This document shows, in pieces, positions 1 to 9,713 of a DNA stretch of 64,000 nt; position 1 is the first letter of the stretch; every line of letters begins with the position of its first letter. This DNA comes from Phycisphaeraceae bacterium (GTDB lineage: Bacteria > Planctomycetota > Phycisphaerae > Phycisphaerales > Phycisphaeraceae). The DNA lies in assembly GCA_963674705.1 (NCBI GenBank), contig OY771506.1, positions 4,320,001 to 4,384,000 of the forward strand, in the 5' to 3' direction. The notes below the pieces were generated by a model. That model saw only the letters and a list, made by a program, of their open reading frames with translations. It was not told the DNA's origin and searched no databases. The position numbers and the translations under genes are program-made.

Positions 1-259
1 TGTAAGTTCCTATCACTGGTACCTTTCACCTGATCACTTGGGCCGAGTTAGAAAATTGTAACGAGCCAGCGGGGTCTGTCAAATCGGGGGGCTACCCCCC
101 AAATCCCAACCCCGGTTCTCCACAGCTTTTGCCCACTTTTTCGCAAAAAAAGCACCCTTTGGTCTCCCATCGGCATCTTCGCAGCCATTCTGCATCGAGG
201 TTTATCCAGAAAATGTGCAAGTATCGCCCCCCTCATATCCTCCGCCACGGGCTGCCGGG

Positions 260-287
260 TTGACAAGCCCGTGGCGGGCGATAATCT
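260..287 (+). promoter_or_regulatory. sigma70-like promoter of tRNA-Phe
   Basis: TTGACA at 260-265, 16-nt spacer, TAATCT at 282-287, about 25 nt upstream of the tRNA. Confidence 0.6.
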
Positions 288-312
288 GACCTCTCTGCTT
301 TTCAAGCCGTAA

Positions 313-385
313 GGCTAGGTAGCTCAGTTGGTAGAGCACCGCATTGAAAATGCGGGTGTCGGCGGTTCAAGTCCGCCCCTAGCCA
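313..385 (+). tRNA. tRNA-Phe (GAA), CCA not encoded
   Basis: Acceptor stem GGCTAGG/CCTAGCC, D arm GCTC-AGTTGGTA-GAGC, anticodon arm CCGCA-TTGAAAA-TGCGG, T loop TTCAAGT. Confidence 0.96.
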
Positions 386-431
386 TTTCCTTTCACTTCT
401 GTTTGATCCAAAGCAATAAATCTAAAGCGAA

Positions 432-1970
432 TTACGCCGGGCCGTCCGTGCCCACGTTCGACGCGTTCATCGCATCACGCCATGTCGTGTGGCCCTTCAT
501 CTCGCCCCAGCCGCCGTCCGGCTGCTTGTCCTGACCGACGTAAACTTCCTGCAGATACACCGTGCCGTCCGAGAGTTTGATCGCGACCTGCGCGCGGACG
601 CTGCGCGTGATTCGGTGACGCAGCGCGGTGTTCGTGGTGTCTGTTGCTTCGATCACATCTTCGATGTCCCAGGCCTTGCTCGGCACGGTTGTACGCAGAA
701 CAGATACGCCTTTGTATTCCGCTTCAACGACTTCATTTGCCTTGTTTTTAAGGGTTTTAAGCTCCGATCCGGCAAAGCCGTCCGCCTTCTGGAACGTGCG
801 ATCGGCTCGCACCTTGGCGTGCTTTTCGTTCAGTTCAACAATCTGTTTCAGCTTGCTGCGAATCGCCACAACCTTCGGGTCGCTTTCACTGCTGACGCTC
901 GCCGCTTCTTCAACGCGCTGCCGCATCGGCTTCAGATCACGCTCCATTACGACCGGCGGTTTCTTGAGCTTGTCCTGCTCCCAGGAGGTGTCGCGCGTCA
1001 TGAAGGCAAGCGTTGCGTCCAGGCTTTTTTCGATATCCCCCGACATCATCGCCTGACTCTCAGCCAGTGTTTTGGGGAATTCCTCCAGCTCTCGCGACAG
1101 CTTCTCTTCAAGCTGCTGCAGCTGATCAGTCTTGCCCAGCGGGAACTCCGCTTGCTGGTAGGCCTCGAACAAGGTCTTGGCCTCAGCGTAAATCACTTGA
1201 CGCTGCTTGAGGTCCTCCGAGTTCACGGTGACCGAGGCGATCAGCAGTTTGTCGCTGTGCATCCCCAAATCCGCGTACGGCCGGAGCTTGGCTACCCATT
1301 CCGCACACGCCTGCTCCTGCGCATCTTTGTCCTCATCCTGCTGGTAATATCCCATCGAACTTCGCAGCGAGGATTCAGCGTTCTGTAGCGTCATGGTCTT
1401 ACCGAGCGGGAATTGCACCTTGTCATATTCGGCCATCAACGCCTTGGCTTCCTGGAACGCCGCCCGGCTCTGCGCCTGCTCCTCCGGGGTCGCGCCGTTC
1501 AGTTCTCGGCCGATCCGCAGATACTTCTCGTCGCCATGTTTGGTGAATGGCGCAAGCTTGTCGGCCCATTCCTGACATAAGGCATCGTTCTTCGCTTTCG
1601 CCTCAGCCTGTTGTTGTGCAACCTCAGCCGCGGCGCCGGCGCCCGATTCGACCAGCTTGGTTACCTCGTCCAGCCGGTTAAGCATGGCGACGTACTCGCT
1701 GTGATCCTCCGGGAACTTGCCCGAGTACCGTTTCTTAAGCGTTTCCAATTCCTTGTTCGCATCAGCGAGTTTCCGCTCAGCGGTCGTCATCCGATCGGCT
1801 TCAAGGCCCTTAACCGCCTGGTCAAGCATCGAGTTGATCCGCTTGATTGAAGAACTCACCGAACTCGGCAGCGGATCCTCAGCCGAAGCAACTGAAGTGA
1901 ATACCGACAGGGTGAACAACACCACCAGCAACCAGCGCATCGCCTGCGCAACATGTTGTAAACGAAACAT
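432..1970 (-). CDS. secreted alpha-helical hypothetical protein with an internal ~90-aa tandem duplication
   Basis: ATG at 1970 preceded by AGGAGG; Sec signal peptide (RWLLVVLFTLSVFTSVASA); two C-x-EW...FPLGKT repeats. Confidence 0.8.
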   Translation of the reverse strand: MFRLQHVAQAMRWLLVVLFTLSVFTSVASAEDPLPSSVSSSIKRINSMLDQAVKGLEADRMTTAERKLADANKELETLKKRYSGKFPEDHSEYVAMLNRLDEVTKLVESGAGAAAEVAQQQAEAKAKNDALCQEWADKLAPFTKHGDEKYLRIGRELNGATPEEQAQSRAAFQEAKALMAEYDKVQFPLGKTMTLQNAESSLRSSMGYYQQDEDKDAQEQACAEWVAKLRPYADLGMHSDKLLIASVTVNSEDLKQRQVIYAEAKTLFEAYQQAEFPLGKTDQLQQLEEKLSRELEEFPKTLAESQAMMSGDIEKSLDATLAFMTRDTSWEQDKLKKPPVVMERDLKPMRQRVEEAASVSSESDPKVVAIRSKLKQIVELNEKHAKVRADRTFQKADGFAGSELKTLKNKANEVVEAEYKGVSVLRTTVPSKAWDIEDVIEATDTTNTALRHRITRSVRAQVAIKLSDGTVYLQEVYVGQDKQPDGGWGEMKGHTTWRDAMNASNVGTDGPA

Positions 1971-2161
1971 CGAACGCCTCCTTGTGGATAAGATGTGCTT
2001 GTGCGACCGACATGTATCCCCGCATGTAATCCGACGGTATTTTTCACAGCACAAAAGATAAAGACTTGATCCAGAAACCATAAGACGACAAGGTTTTATT
2101 ATAAGCACACCGCTTGATTCGTGAAATACGTACCGGTCTGCGTAGCTGGTAGAGTGAAGAT

Positions 2162-2776
2162 ATGTCCGATCCCCTGGCCAATCTGACCCCCGAACTGCTG
2201 GTCCGCGCCTACTGTGTCGGCGCGTTTCCGATGGCGGACGGGCGGGACGGGCCGATCTATTGGTACAGCCCGGACCCACGGGCGGTAATCCCGCTGGATA
2301 CCGACGGCTTCAAAGTCCCCCACTCTTTACAACGACGTGTCCGTAGCGGCATCTATCGCATCACGATGGACCGTGCGTTCGAGCACGTGATCCGTGCCTG
2401 TGCTGAGCCGCGACCCGGTGCGGTCGATACCTGGATCAACGAGAAGATCATCGATACGTACTTGCAACTCCACCATGCCGGGCTGGCTCACAGCGTCGAG
2501 GCCTGGGAAGAGGATCAACCCGACAAGCCAGTCGGCGGGCTCTACGGCGTCGCCCTGGGCGGAGCGTACTTCGGCGAATCCATGTTCCACCGACAAACCG
2601 ACGCATCCAAGGTCTGCCTCGTCCACCTTGTCGAACACCTGCGAGCACGCAGCTTCAGCCTGCTGGACGTCCAGTTCGTCAACCCCCACTTGCAACAGTT
2701 CGGCGTCATCGAAATCCCACGCGACGATTACCTGCAAGAACTGGAGCACGCCCTGCAATCGGATGCGCGATGGTGA
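2162..2776 (+). CDS. aat: leucyl/phenylalanyl-tRNA--protein transferase
   Basis: AY..GAFPM, WYSPDPRAVI, TWI, HSVEAW, GGLYGV..GGAYFGESMFH, DASKV motifs. Confidence 0.95.
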   Translation: MSDPLANLTPELLVRAYCVGAFPMADGRDGPIYWYSPDPRAVIPLDTDGFKVPHSLQRRVRSGIYRITMDRAFEHVIRACAEPRPGAVDTWINEKIIDTYLQLHHAGLAHSVEAWEEDQPDKPVGGLYGVALGGAYFGESMFHRQTDASKVCLVHLVEHLRARSFSLLDVQFVNPHLQQFGVIEIPRDDYLQELEHALQSDARW

Positions 2777-2781
2777 GGAAA

Positions 2782-2951
2782 GGGTTTAGGGTTTAGGGTT
2801 TAGGGTTTAGGGTTTAGGGTGTGGGGTGTGGGGTGTGGGGTGTGGGGTGTGGGGTGTGGGGTGTGGGGTGTGGGGTGTGGGGTGTGGGGTGTGGGGTGTG
2901 GGGTGTGGGGTGTGGGGTGTGGGGTGTGGGGTGTGGGGTGTGGGGTGTGGG
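2782..2951 (+). repeat. G-rich heptamer tandem array: (TTTAGGG)5 then ~19 x TGTGGGG
   Basis: Read directly; starts 5 nt after the aat stop codon. Confidence 0.97.
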
Positions 2952-3027
2952 AAAATTGTATTGCTAATGGTTTATTTTTAATCGCTGATGTCAGCATCCC
3001 AACGCCGGTCCTGAGTGCAGCGAAGGT
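2942..3027 (+). repeat. dispersed ~85-bp element (copies at 42789-42872 minus, 33471-33610 minus degenerate, partial at 3181-3210)
   Basis: GGGGTGTGGG..GTATTGCTAATGG..TTAATCGCTGATGT..GCATCCCAACGCCGGTCCTGAGTG.AGCGAAGG matches the reverse complement of 42789-42872. Confidence 0.85.
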
Positions 3028-3502
3028 CCGGGCTTCTTCAGGTTTGGGGAATTGCATTTACGATTGATGATTTAGGATTTGTGCTAATGACAAACGGCTA
3101 ATGGTTTTTCATATTTCCTGCTTTCCCAATTTAGCGTTCCGCTGTCGAAGCCATCCTGTTTCCCGGCTTTTTCCTTCCCCCCCAACGCCGGTCCTGAGCG
3201 CAGCGAAGGGCCGGGTATCTGATATCTGAACAAAGACAATCCCAAGTCTGTCATATGTTGAAGCGAAGCCCTCCAACAGCCCCGCCTGAGCCATAATGGG
3301 GCTCGCCATAAGACATCTAATATAACTTATATTAGATGTCTTTAACCGGAATAAAGCCCACTCGGGCGTTGAAGTCATTAGGCAGCACCACGCGGAAGTG
3401 TGGGATTCACGGTAACTAAGCGAGGCGCTTCAATCCAAACTAAAAGCGAGCCCACGCGAAGTGGATCCGCTTTAGTTGGTTTTAATGAGTTGGGATACCC
3501 GA

Positions 3503-3877
3503 TCAGGGCAGGACGATGGTCTTGCCGATGGGCATTCTTTCGGGCACGAGGCCGGGGTTGGCGGCGACGATGTCGGGCCAGCGTTGGCCGTTGCCGTAGT
3601 GCCGTTCGGCGATCTTCCACAGGCTGTCGCCCTTCTTGACGGTGTACATCGTCTGGCCCACGGGCATCGGCGCGACCGTCGGGGCCGGTGCGATGTACGC
3701 TCCCTGTTGAGCGGCCGGCTGAACGGGCTCAAACTGGACCGGCGCCGGCTCGTACTGCTGGACCTGCACGGGCTCGGCCGGCGGCGGGACCGCGGCAAGC
3801 TCCTGTTTCGCAGGCTTCTGACACCCAATCGTCGCGCCAAAACACGCGATCGTGAACAATGCGGTTGATTTTTTCAT
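3503..3877 (-). CDS. LysM-domain lipoprotein
   Basis: Lipobox-like TIGC, Pro/Gln linker, YTVKKGDSLWKIA...WPDIVAANP LysM domain. Confidence 0.93.
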   Translation of the reverse strand: MKKSTALFTIACFGATIGCQKPAKQELAAVPPPAEPVQVQQYEPAPVQFEPVQPAAQQGAYIAPAPTVAPMPVGQTMYTVKKGDSLWKIAERHYGNGQRWPDIVAANPGLVPERMPIGKTIVLP

Positions 3878-4015
3878 GGTGAATCCCCTGATTCCTTGTT
3901 AGCTTCCGTGCATCTGCACCCGGGAATTATCGGAATTTGTACCCCATTCCGATCAACATGGCAACGAACGCTCGCCCCCCTACCGGGCAAACAATCGCAC
4001 AACACCGCAATATTG

Positions 4016-5992
4016 TCACACCTGCCCCACCACGATCGGCGGCATCGGGCAGCCCAGACTGTCGCAGACCGCCCGGAATAACTCGGCTTCACTTATCGTC
4101 ACTTCACGATCGCTCTTGATGCAGGCCGCACACGCGTTGATCACCGCACGCATCTCGCGAGGCCCGATCAGCTTTAACTGCTCCAGCGCCCCGTCCAGTT
4201 CGTGCAACCCGCAAGCCTCAGCATCCAGCATCGCGGGCTTCGGCTCAAACGGCAGGTAGCGCATCCCCGTCTCATATGCTTTTTGCGCCGATTCATATTC
4301 CCTGCTGCCGAAGTGCGCCAGCGTCGACATCAACACCGTCAACGGCTGCAGGACAGGCCGAAGCGCATAGTACTTCGCCCTCGCCCGCCGTCGTTTGCCA
4401 GACTCAAACACCGGTGCAAGCCGGTTCAACATCACTTTCCCCAGCATCCATTCAAACAGGTCCATCCGTCCGTCCGCCTGGATCAAACCTAAAACACAAC
4501 GTTTAAATGCCTCATATTGCTTGGCAGAAAGGTTATGCAGGGCAGGCATCGCCAGGTCGAGCGCCGGCAACCACGCCGAGCGTTCCATTTCACGAACGTG
4601 CTTGTAGAGCCGCAACGCCTCGGTCACCGACGCCGGCTCCGCTGACTCGCGGATCAGCGCTTCCTGCTTCTGCCGGATCGCCTCATCCTGTGAGATCAGC
4701 AAGCCATAGATCACCGCACACGCTCCGAGCGAACTCTGTGCTGCCTGCTTCACCACATCCGGGATGTCATCAATGATCTGCCGTGCCTGCTCGACATGCG
4801 CTTCGGTCGGTCGGCCGACGTGCTGGGCGACATCGATCGCAGCACCCGCACCCATCGCAGCCAGCGCCGCCAGCGCCCGTTTGCGCACAGCCTCTCGCGA
4901 TGCCTGGGTATCACGAGACTTTGCCATGCCACTTGTCTTGGACGGCTCAGGTTCTGTGTATCGCCCGTCCCAACTCGGCTGGATCCGGCGGATACGCTGG
5001 TCCAATGGCGGATGCGTCGCGCCGAGCCCGCCCATCCAGCTTGTCACCCCCTGCCCGAAAAACATGTGGCTGACCTCGTCGGCGTGCGGATCGGCCACCT
5101 TTGAGCCATACGAGTGTCCGCCGATCTTCTTCAATGCACCGGCGATCCCGTCCGGATAGCGTGTGAACTGCACCGCCGAAGCGTCCGCGAGGAACTCGCG
5201 CTGCCGGGACACCGCCGCCTTGATCAGGCTGCCGAAGAAGTAGCCGACAAAACCGATCACCATCAGCGCCAGCGCAACCCCCAGGATCGCCAGCGCCGCG
5301 CTGCCGTTATCCTTGCTGCTTGACCGCGATCGACCGCCGCCGGCGTAGTACATATTCGACAGGACCATCCGCCCGATCAACCCGATGACGAGGATGCCGA
5401 ACAGCACACCGATCAGCCGGATGTTCAGCCGCATGTCGCCGTTGAGGATGTGGCTGAACTCGTGCGCGATCACGCCCTGCAGTTCATCTCGGTTAAGCAG
5501 TTGCATGCACCCGCGCGTCACGCCGATCACCGCGTCGTCTTTGCTGAAACCCGCCGCAAAAGCGTTGATCCCCTGCTCCCGGTCCATGACGTACACATCA
5601 GGCACCGGCACGCCCGACGCGATCGCCATCTCCTCCACGACGTTCAGCAGTTTGCGTTCATCCGGATCGTTTGTGCCGCTATCCAGCAGCCGACCGTTCA
5701 AAGATTCCGCCACCACCCGGCCTCCCGCAGACAATTGACTGATCTTCACGAATGAACTCATCGACACGATGAAGATCACCGCCGTGCCGACAACCAGTAG
5801 CAGCACGGGATGCCACAGCGTCGGTGCGGGTCCCTGTCCCGGTGGCTGATTGCCGTTGAGATACAGGTACGCGATCGCGACCACGAGGTACACCATCGCG
5901 ATGATCCCAATCACCGCCGCGATAAACATCAGCACCAGCCGCCCGGTCTTGCGCCTCGCCTGTTCCTGGTGCTCGAAAAAGTCCATCGCCAT
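4016..5992 (-). CDS. M48 (HtpX-like) membrane zinc metalloprotease with C-terminal extension
   Basis: NVVEEMAIASG, INAFAAG, HEFSH, REFLADASA, THPP motifs; directly downstream of lemA. Confidence 0.92.
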   Translation of the reverse strand: MAMDFFEHQEQARRKTGRLVLMFIAAVIGIIAMVYLVVAIAYLYLNGNQPPGQGPAPTLWHPVLLLVVGTAVIFIVSMSSFVKISQLSAGGRVVAESLNGRLLDSGTNDPDERKLLNVVEEMAIASGVPVPDVYVMDREQGINAFAAGFSKDDAVIGVTRGCMQLLNRDELQGVIAHEFSHILNGDMRLNIRLIGVLFGILVIGLIGRMVLSNMYYAGGGRSRSSSKDNGSAALAILGVALALMVIGFVGYFFGSLIKAAVSRQREFLADASAVQFTRYPDGIAGALKKIGGHSYGSKVADPHADEVSHMFFGQGVTSWMGGLGATHPPLDQRIRRIQPSWDGRYTEPEPSKTSGMAKSRDTQASREAVRKRALAALAAMGAGAAIDVAQHVGRPTEAHVEQARQIIDDIPDVVKQAAQSSLGACAVIYGLLISQDEAIRQKQEALIRESAEPASVTEALRLYKHVREMERSAWLPALDLAMPALHNLSAKQYEAFKRCVLGLIQADGRMDLFEWMLGKVMLNRLAPVFESGKRRRARAKYYALRPVLQPLTVLMSTLAHFGSREYESAQKAYETGMRYLPFEPKPAMLDAEACGLHELDGALEQLKLIGPREMRAVINACAACIKSDREVTISEAELFRAVCDSLGCPMPPIVVGQV

Positions 5993-6132
5993 CGCACTAG
6001 AACTCAATTAACGTTGAAAAACCAAGAACGTAAAGACAAACCAAAAGCGTGAAAGACCAACCAGCCGCAAGCCGCCGGCTTGCGTGCAAGAGCGTACCCA
6101 CATCTTTCAATCTCCAACTTCGCCAATCCACA

Positions 6133-6732
6133 TCACGTAAACGAAACCTTCACCGCCTCGCGTTCCTGCGGCGCTTCGATCTCGAAGAACGGCGCATCCT
6201 GGAACCCGAACATTCCCGCAAAGATCACCGGCGGGAACGACTCGCGGTAGGTCTTGTAGGTATTCACCGAATCGTTATACGCCTGGCGGGCAAACGCGAT
6301 CTTGTTCTCCGTCGATGTCAGTTCCTCGCTGACCTGCATCATGTTCTGATTGGCCTTGAGGTCCGGGTAGGCTTCCATCACCGCAAACAGCCGGCCCATC
6401 GCGCCGGTCAATGCGCCCTCAGCCCCGATCAGCCCTTTCATCGCCGAAGCGTCAGCAGGATTCGCAGCCGCCGCCTGCGCCGCTCCCGCTGCCTGGTTGC
6501 GCGCCGCGATCACCGCTTCGAGCGTTTCGCTCTCATGCTTCATGTACCCCTTGGCCGTCTCCACAAGATTCGGGATCAGGTCATAACGTCGCTTAAGCTG
6601 CACATCGATCTGCGCGAACGCGTTCTTGAACCGATTTCGCAACGCAACTAACCGGTTGTAGATCCCGATCACCCAGCCGATCAGCCCCAGCGCGATGACG
6701 CCCACAACCACCAGTGCGATTATCCAACCCAT
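6133..6732 (-). CDS. lemA: LemA family protein
   Basis: N-terminal TM; QIDVQLKRRYDLIPNLVETAKGY, EAYPDLKAN, ENKIAFARQAYN. Confidence 0.95.
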   Translation of the reverse strand: MGWIIALVVVGVIALGLIGWVIGIYNRLVALRNRFKNAFAQIDVQLKRRYDLIPNLVETAKGYMKHESETLEAVIAARNQAAGAAQAAAANPADASAMKGLIGAEGALTGAMGRLFAVMEAYPDLKANQNMMQVSEELTSTENKIAFARQAYNDSVNTYKTYRESFPPVIFAGMFGFQDAPFFEIEAPQEREAVKVSFT

Positions 6733-6931
6733 GTGAAACCTCCTTCAAGGTTCTTACTTGTACAGGCCCGGATCGGGCCCCATGCAATCATCAGGATATA
6801 ACAACCCCCTGTCCCATGCGCGGGAAGCCGGGCCCGTTGCTCTGCAGGATTGAGAATATGAACACCCGTGATTCAATGATCGATCCGCTCGGAGATCGGT
6901 GCCGAACCGCATTCCTCGCGAGGCTGGACAT

Positions 6932-6966
6932 AAAAAAAGCCCATCGTTTGTTCAACAATGGGCTTC
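6932..6966 (-). terminator. intrinsic terminator after the chemoreceptor gene
   Basis: Minus strand AAGCCCATTGTT-gaaca-AACGATGGGCTT followed by a T run. Confidence 0.75.
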
Positions 6967-6987
6967 GACAACAGTGGAATCAACGGC

Positions 6988-9371
6988 TCAAGCGGCCTTG
7001 TGCAATTTGAAGCTGGATACCAATTGTTGCAACTGCTCCGCTTTGGTTGACAGCTCCTGGCTGGCCTGGGCTGCCTGTTCAGCGCCCTGCGACGACTGCT
7101 CCGCCACCGCGCTGATGGACACGATATTCTGGCTGACCTGCTCGGCCGCCGCCGACTGCTCATCCGCAGCACCGGAGATCTCGCGGATCATCTCCGCGAC
7201 CTCGGTGGCGGCGTCCACAATCTGACCGAGGCTTTCACCGGCGTGGCTCGCCTTCTCAACGCCCTGCTCGACCTGCTGCGTACCGATCTCCATCCGCTTG
7301 ACCGCGTCCACCGTCTCGCTTTGGATCGCCGATATCGAGTCGCCGACCTCTTCGGTTGCCTTGGTCGTACGGTCAGCCAGTTTGCGTACCTCGTCCGCGA
7401 CGACCGCAAAGCCGCGCCCGTGCTCGCCGGCACGCGCCGCTTCGATCGCGGCATTCAGGGCTAACAGGTTTGTCTGATCCGCGATATCGTTGATCACATC
7501 AATGATCTGCCCGATCTGCTGGCCACGCTTGCCAAGCTCTTCAACGGAGCCGGCGCTGGCCATGACCGCCTCGCGGATCGACTGCATACCCTCAACGGTC
7601 TCCGTAACGACCTGCCCACCTTCGCCCGCTAGATCACCGCTGCGCGTCGCGGTCTGCGATGCTTGGGACGCCTTCTCCGCAACCAGCACGACGGATTTAC
7701 TCATCTCCTGCACCGCCTGGCTGATCTGCGCCATCTGACTGGTCTGTTCGCTCATCCCCTGCGCCATCTCTTCACTGCTCGAGGCAATCTCCGTCGCCGC
7801 GCTGGCGACATCCTTGGAGGCATGATCCACTTCGCGCAGAAGGTTCTGCAGCGACTCATTCATCTTGTCGGCCGCTCGTGCCAGCTCACCCATCTCGTCA
7901 CGTGTCTTGATGTTCAGCGGCTCGGTCGTCAGATCGCCCTGCGCGATCGCCTGCAGCGTGCGAAGCACCCGCTTGGTCGTGGCGACGATCAGGCGGATCA
8001 GCAGCGCACTGATTGCTACCGCCAGCAGCAACGCCACCGCACCGATACCCAGCAGCTGAACCATCGACGCCTTGGCCTGAGCTTTCGCGCCGTCCTGCAG
8101 TTCAACCTGCGTGTGGCGGATCGATTCGATCAATTCATCGCCCAGAGCCGCAACATTCGGGCCGATCACATCCAGGCTATTCTTGACCAGATCATCTCGT
8201 TGCTTGACGTGATCGATCGTGGATTCCAGCCGCTCAGCATAAAAGGCATAGCCCTGCTCGGCCTCGGCGAGCCAGGCCTTGCGCGTCGGGTTCTGCAGTT
8301 CCTCACCCAGAACATTGAGCAGATTCTCGCCCTTCTTCAGGTTATCGATTGCATGGTGGGCGTCTTTCTCGTCACTGGTGCGCAGAAACTTCATCGCTGC
8401 GATGCGAGCCAGCGACAGATGATTCAGCGCGTCCCCAGCCGTCAATGCCGCCTCTTCATCATTATCTTCATCCGCCGTCTCCATGACTGCTTCCAGCAGC
8501 AAGGTCAATCGAGTACCCGCCACATCCATCTGCCCCGAAACAATCCCGTTACGCTGATCGATCACCGAGACAACCTGACTGAAGCAGTCACTGTACTCAT
8601 CAAGCATCTGGCTGATCTTCTTGACCATCTCCGCCCGTTCTGGATTACGGATGTCGGCCTTTGCCTTTTCAACACACGCCAGCGTCTGGGCCAGGTAGTC
8701 GGGGTGTACTGATCCAGATCGTGCTGGGAATTGGTGATCAGAAAGTCTTTCACGTTCATCCGCACCATGAGCATGTTGCGTTCCAGTTGATCGATGAGGC
8801 CCGCATCCTCGACGATGTCGCCGGCCGCATAAATGCTCTCGTTGAGCGTGCTCTGCGTGGAGATGGACAGCGTACTGACCAGCATGATCAGTGTCGCCAA
8901 TCCGCCGAACGAAGCGCTGAGCTTCACACCAAGCGTCAAAGCACGTTGCGTTTCACCTGCCTGGTTCTGGAGCTTGCTCAGCATCAAACCACAAACTATC
9001 GTGCCGATCAGGCACAAGCCCGTCACCGCCCAGCAGACATTAACCAGCGTTCGGTCAGCGCTTAAAAGCTCCTGCGGCTGCATCCGCTTATCCAGGCCGG
9101 CTTCCTTGCCAAACGCCTGACGCTGCACCATCGCGGGTCGTGGCTTTTCAAACGTCCCGGTTTCGCCTAGCTCCGCCACCCACTTTTGCATCGAAGATTC
9201 AGCGGTTGTGGTCTGATCGGATGCTGCTTGCTCGGTTAGTACCGTTGCCGTGTCTGCCCCCGTGGCGTCTTCGGCCAAAACGTTCTCCGCGGAACTGATC
9301 ATCACTAAACACAGCAATAACGCAAACATGTTACGACCCGTATCTGCAAACGCCAGAACCTTAACCTTCAT
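6988..9371 (-). pseudogene. methyl-accepting chemotaxis protein split by a frameshift near 8701-8704 (real or assembly error)
   Basis: ORFs 8562-9371 and 6988-8628 join if two C are removed from TAC ACC CC GAC (reads ..[34 protein letters not shown]); HAMP domain and [37 protein letters not shown] signature. Confidence 0.85.
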
Positions 9372-9584
9372 GACTTCTCCCCTGTATTTACTCTGACTCT
9401 ATAAACACTCCTGAACGGATCAGCATGGATCCCAGCCAACAATCACGAGAATCATTCATCTTGTTTACTAGCAGTTTTTGGAATCGGGGAAAATAAAAAC
9501 CCACTTTTTCAATTTCTGAACAGATTGCCACGAAAAAACCTTTTCCTAATTGACGGGTTAACCAAATCGAGTTTGTTCAATGCG

Positions 9585-9616
9585 AAAACACCCATGCAAA
9601 TGAATGCATGGGTGTG
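9585..9616 (-). terminator. intrinsic terminator downstream of rho
   Basis: Minus strand ACACCCATGCA-ttcatt-TGCATGGGTGT then TTT. Confidence 0.65.
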
Positions 9617-9713
9617 AATAATCGCTTCAGGATAGCCGGGGTAACGGGCTGCTGCTTGAACGTTAGTCCGTCCATTCAGGTCTTATAGTCGGACGGTAAG
9701 CACAGCCATATGC

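Noticed and set aside
328..534. 68-aa ORF
   Set aside because: Overlaps tRNA-Phe
2782..2951. CRISPR array or true telomere
   Set aside because: No spacers and no cas genes; the array is internal and embedded in a dispersed bacterial repeat
2800..3067. ORFs encoding HPTPHTP / VWGVGCG repeats (also 33419-33772)
   Set aside because: They are translations of the heptamer DNA arrays, with no RBS or coding context
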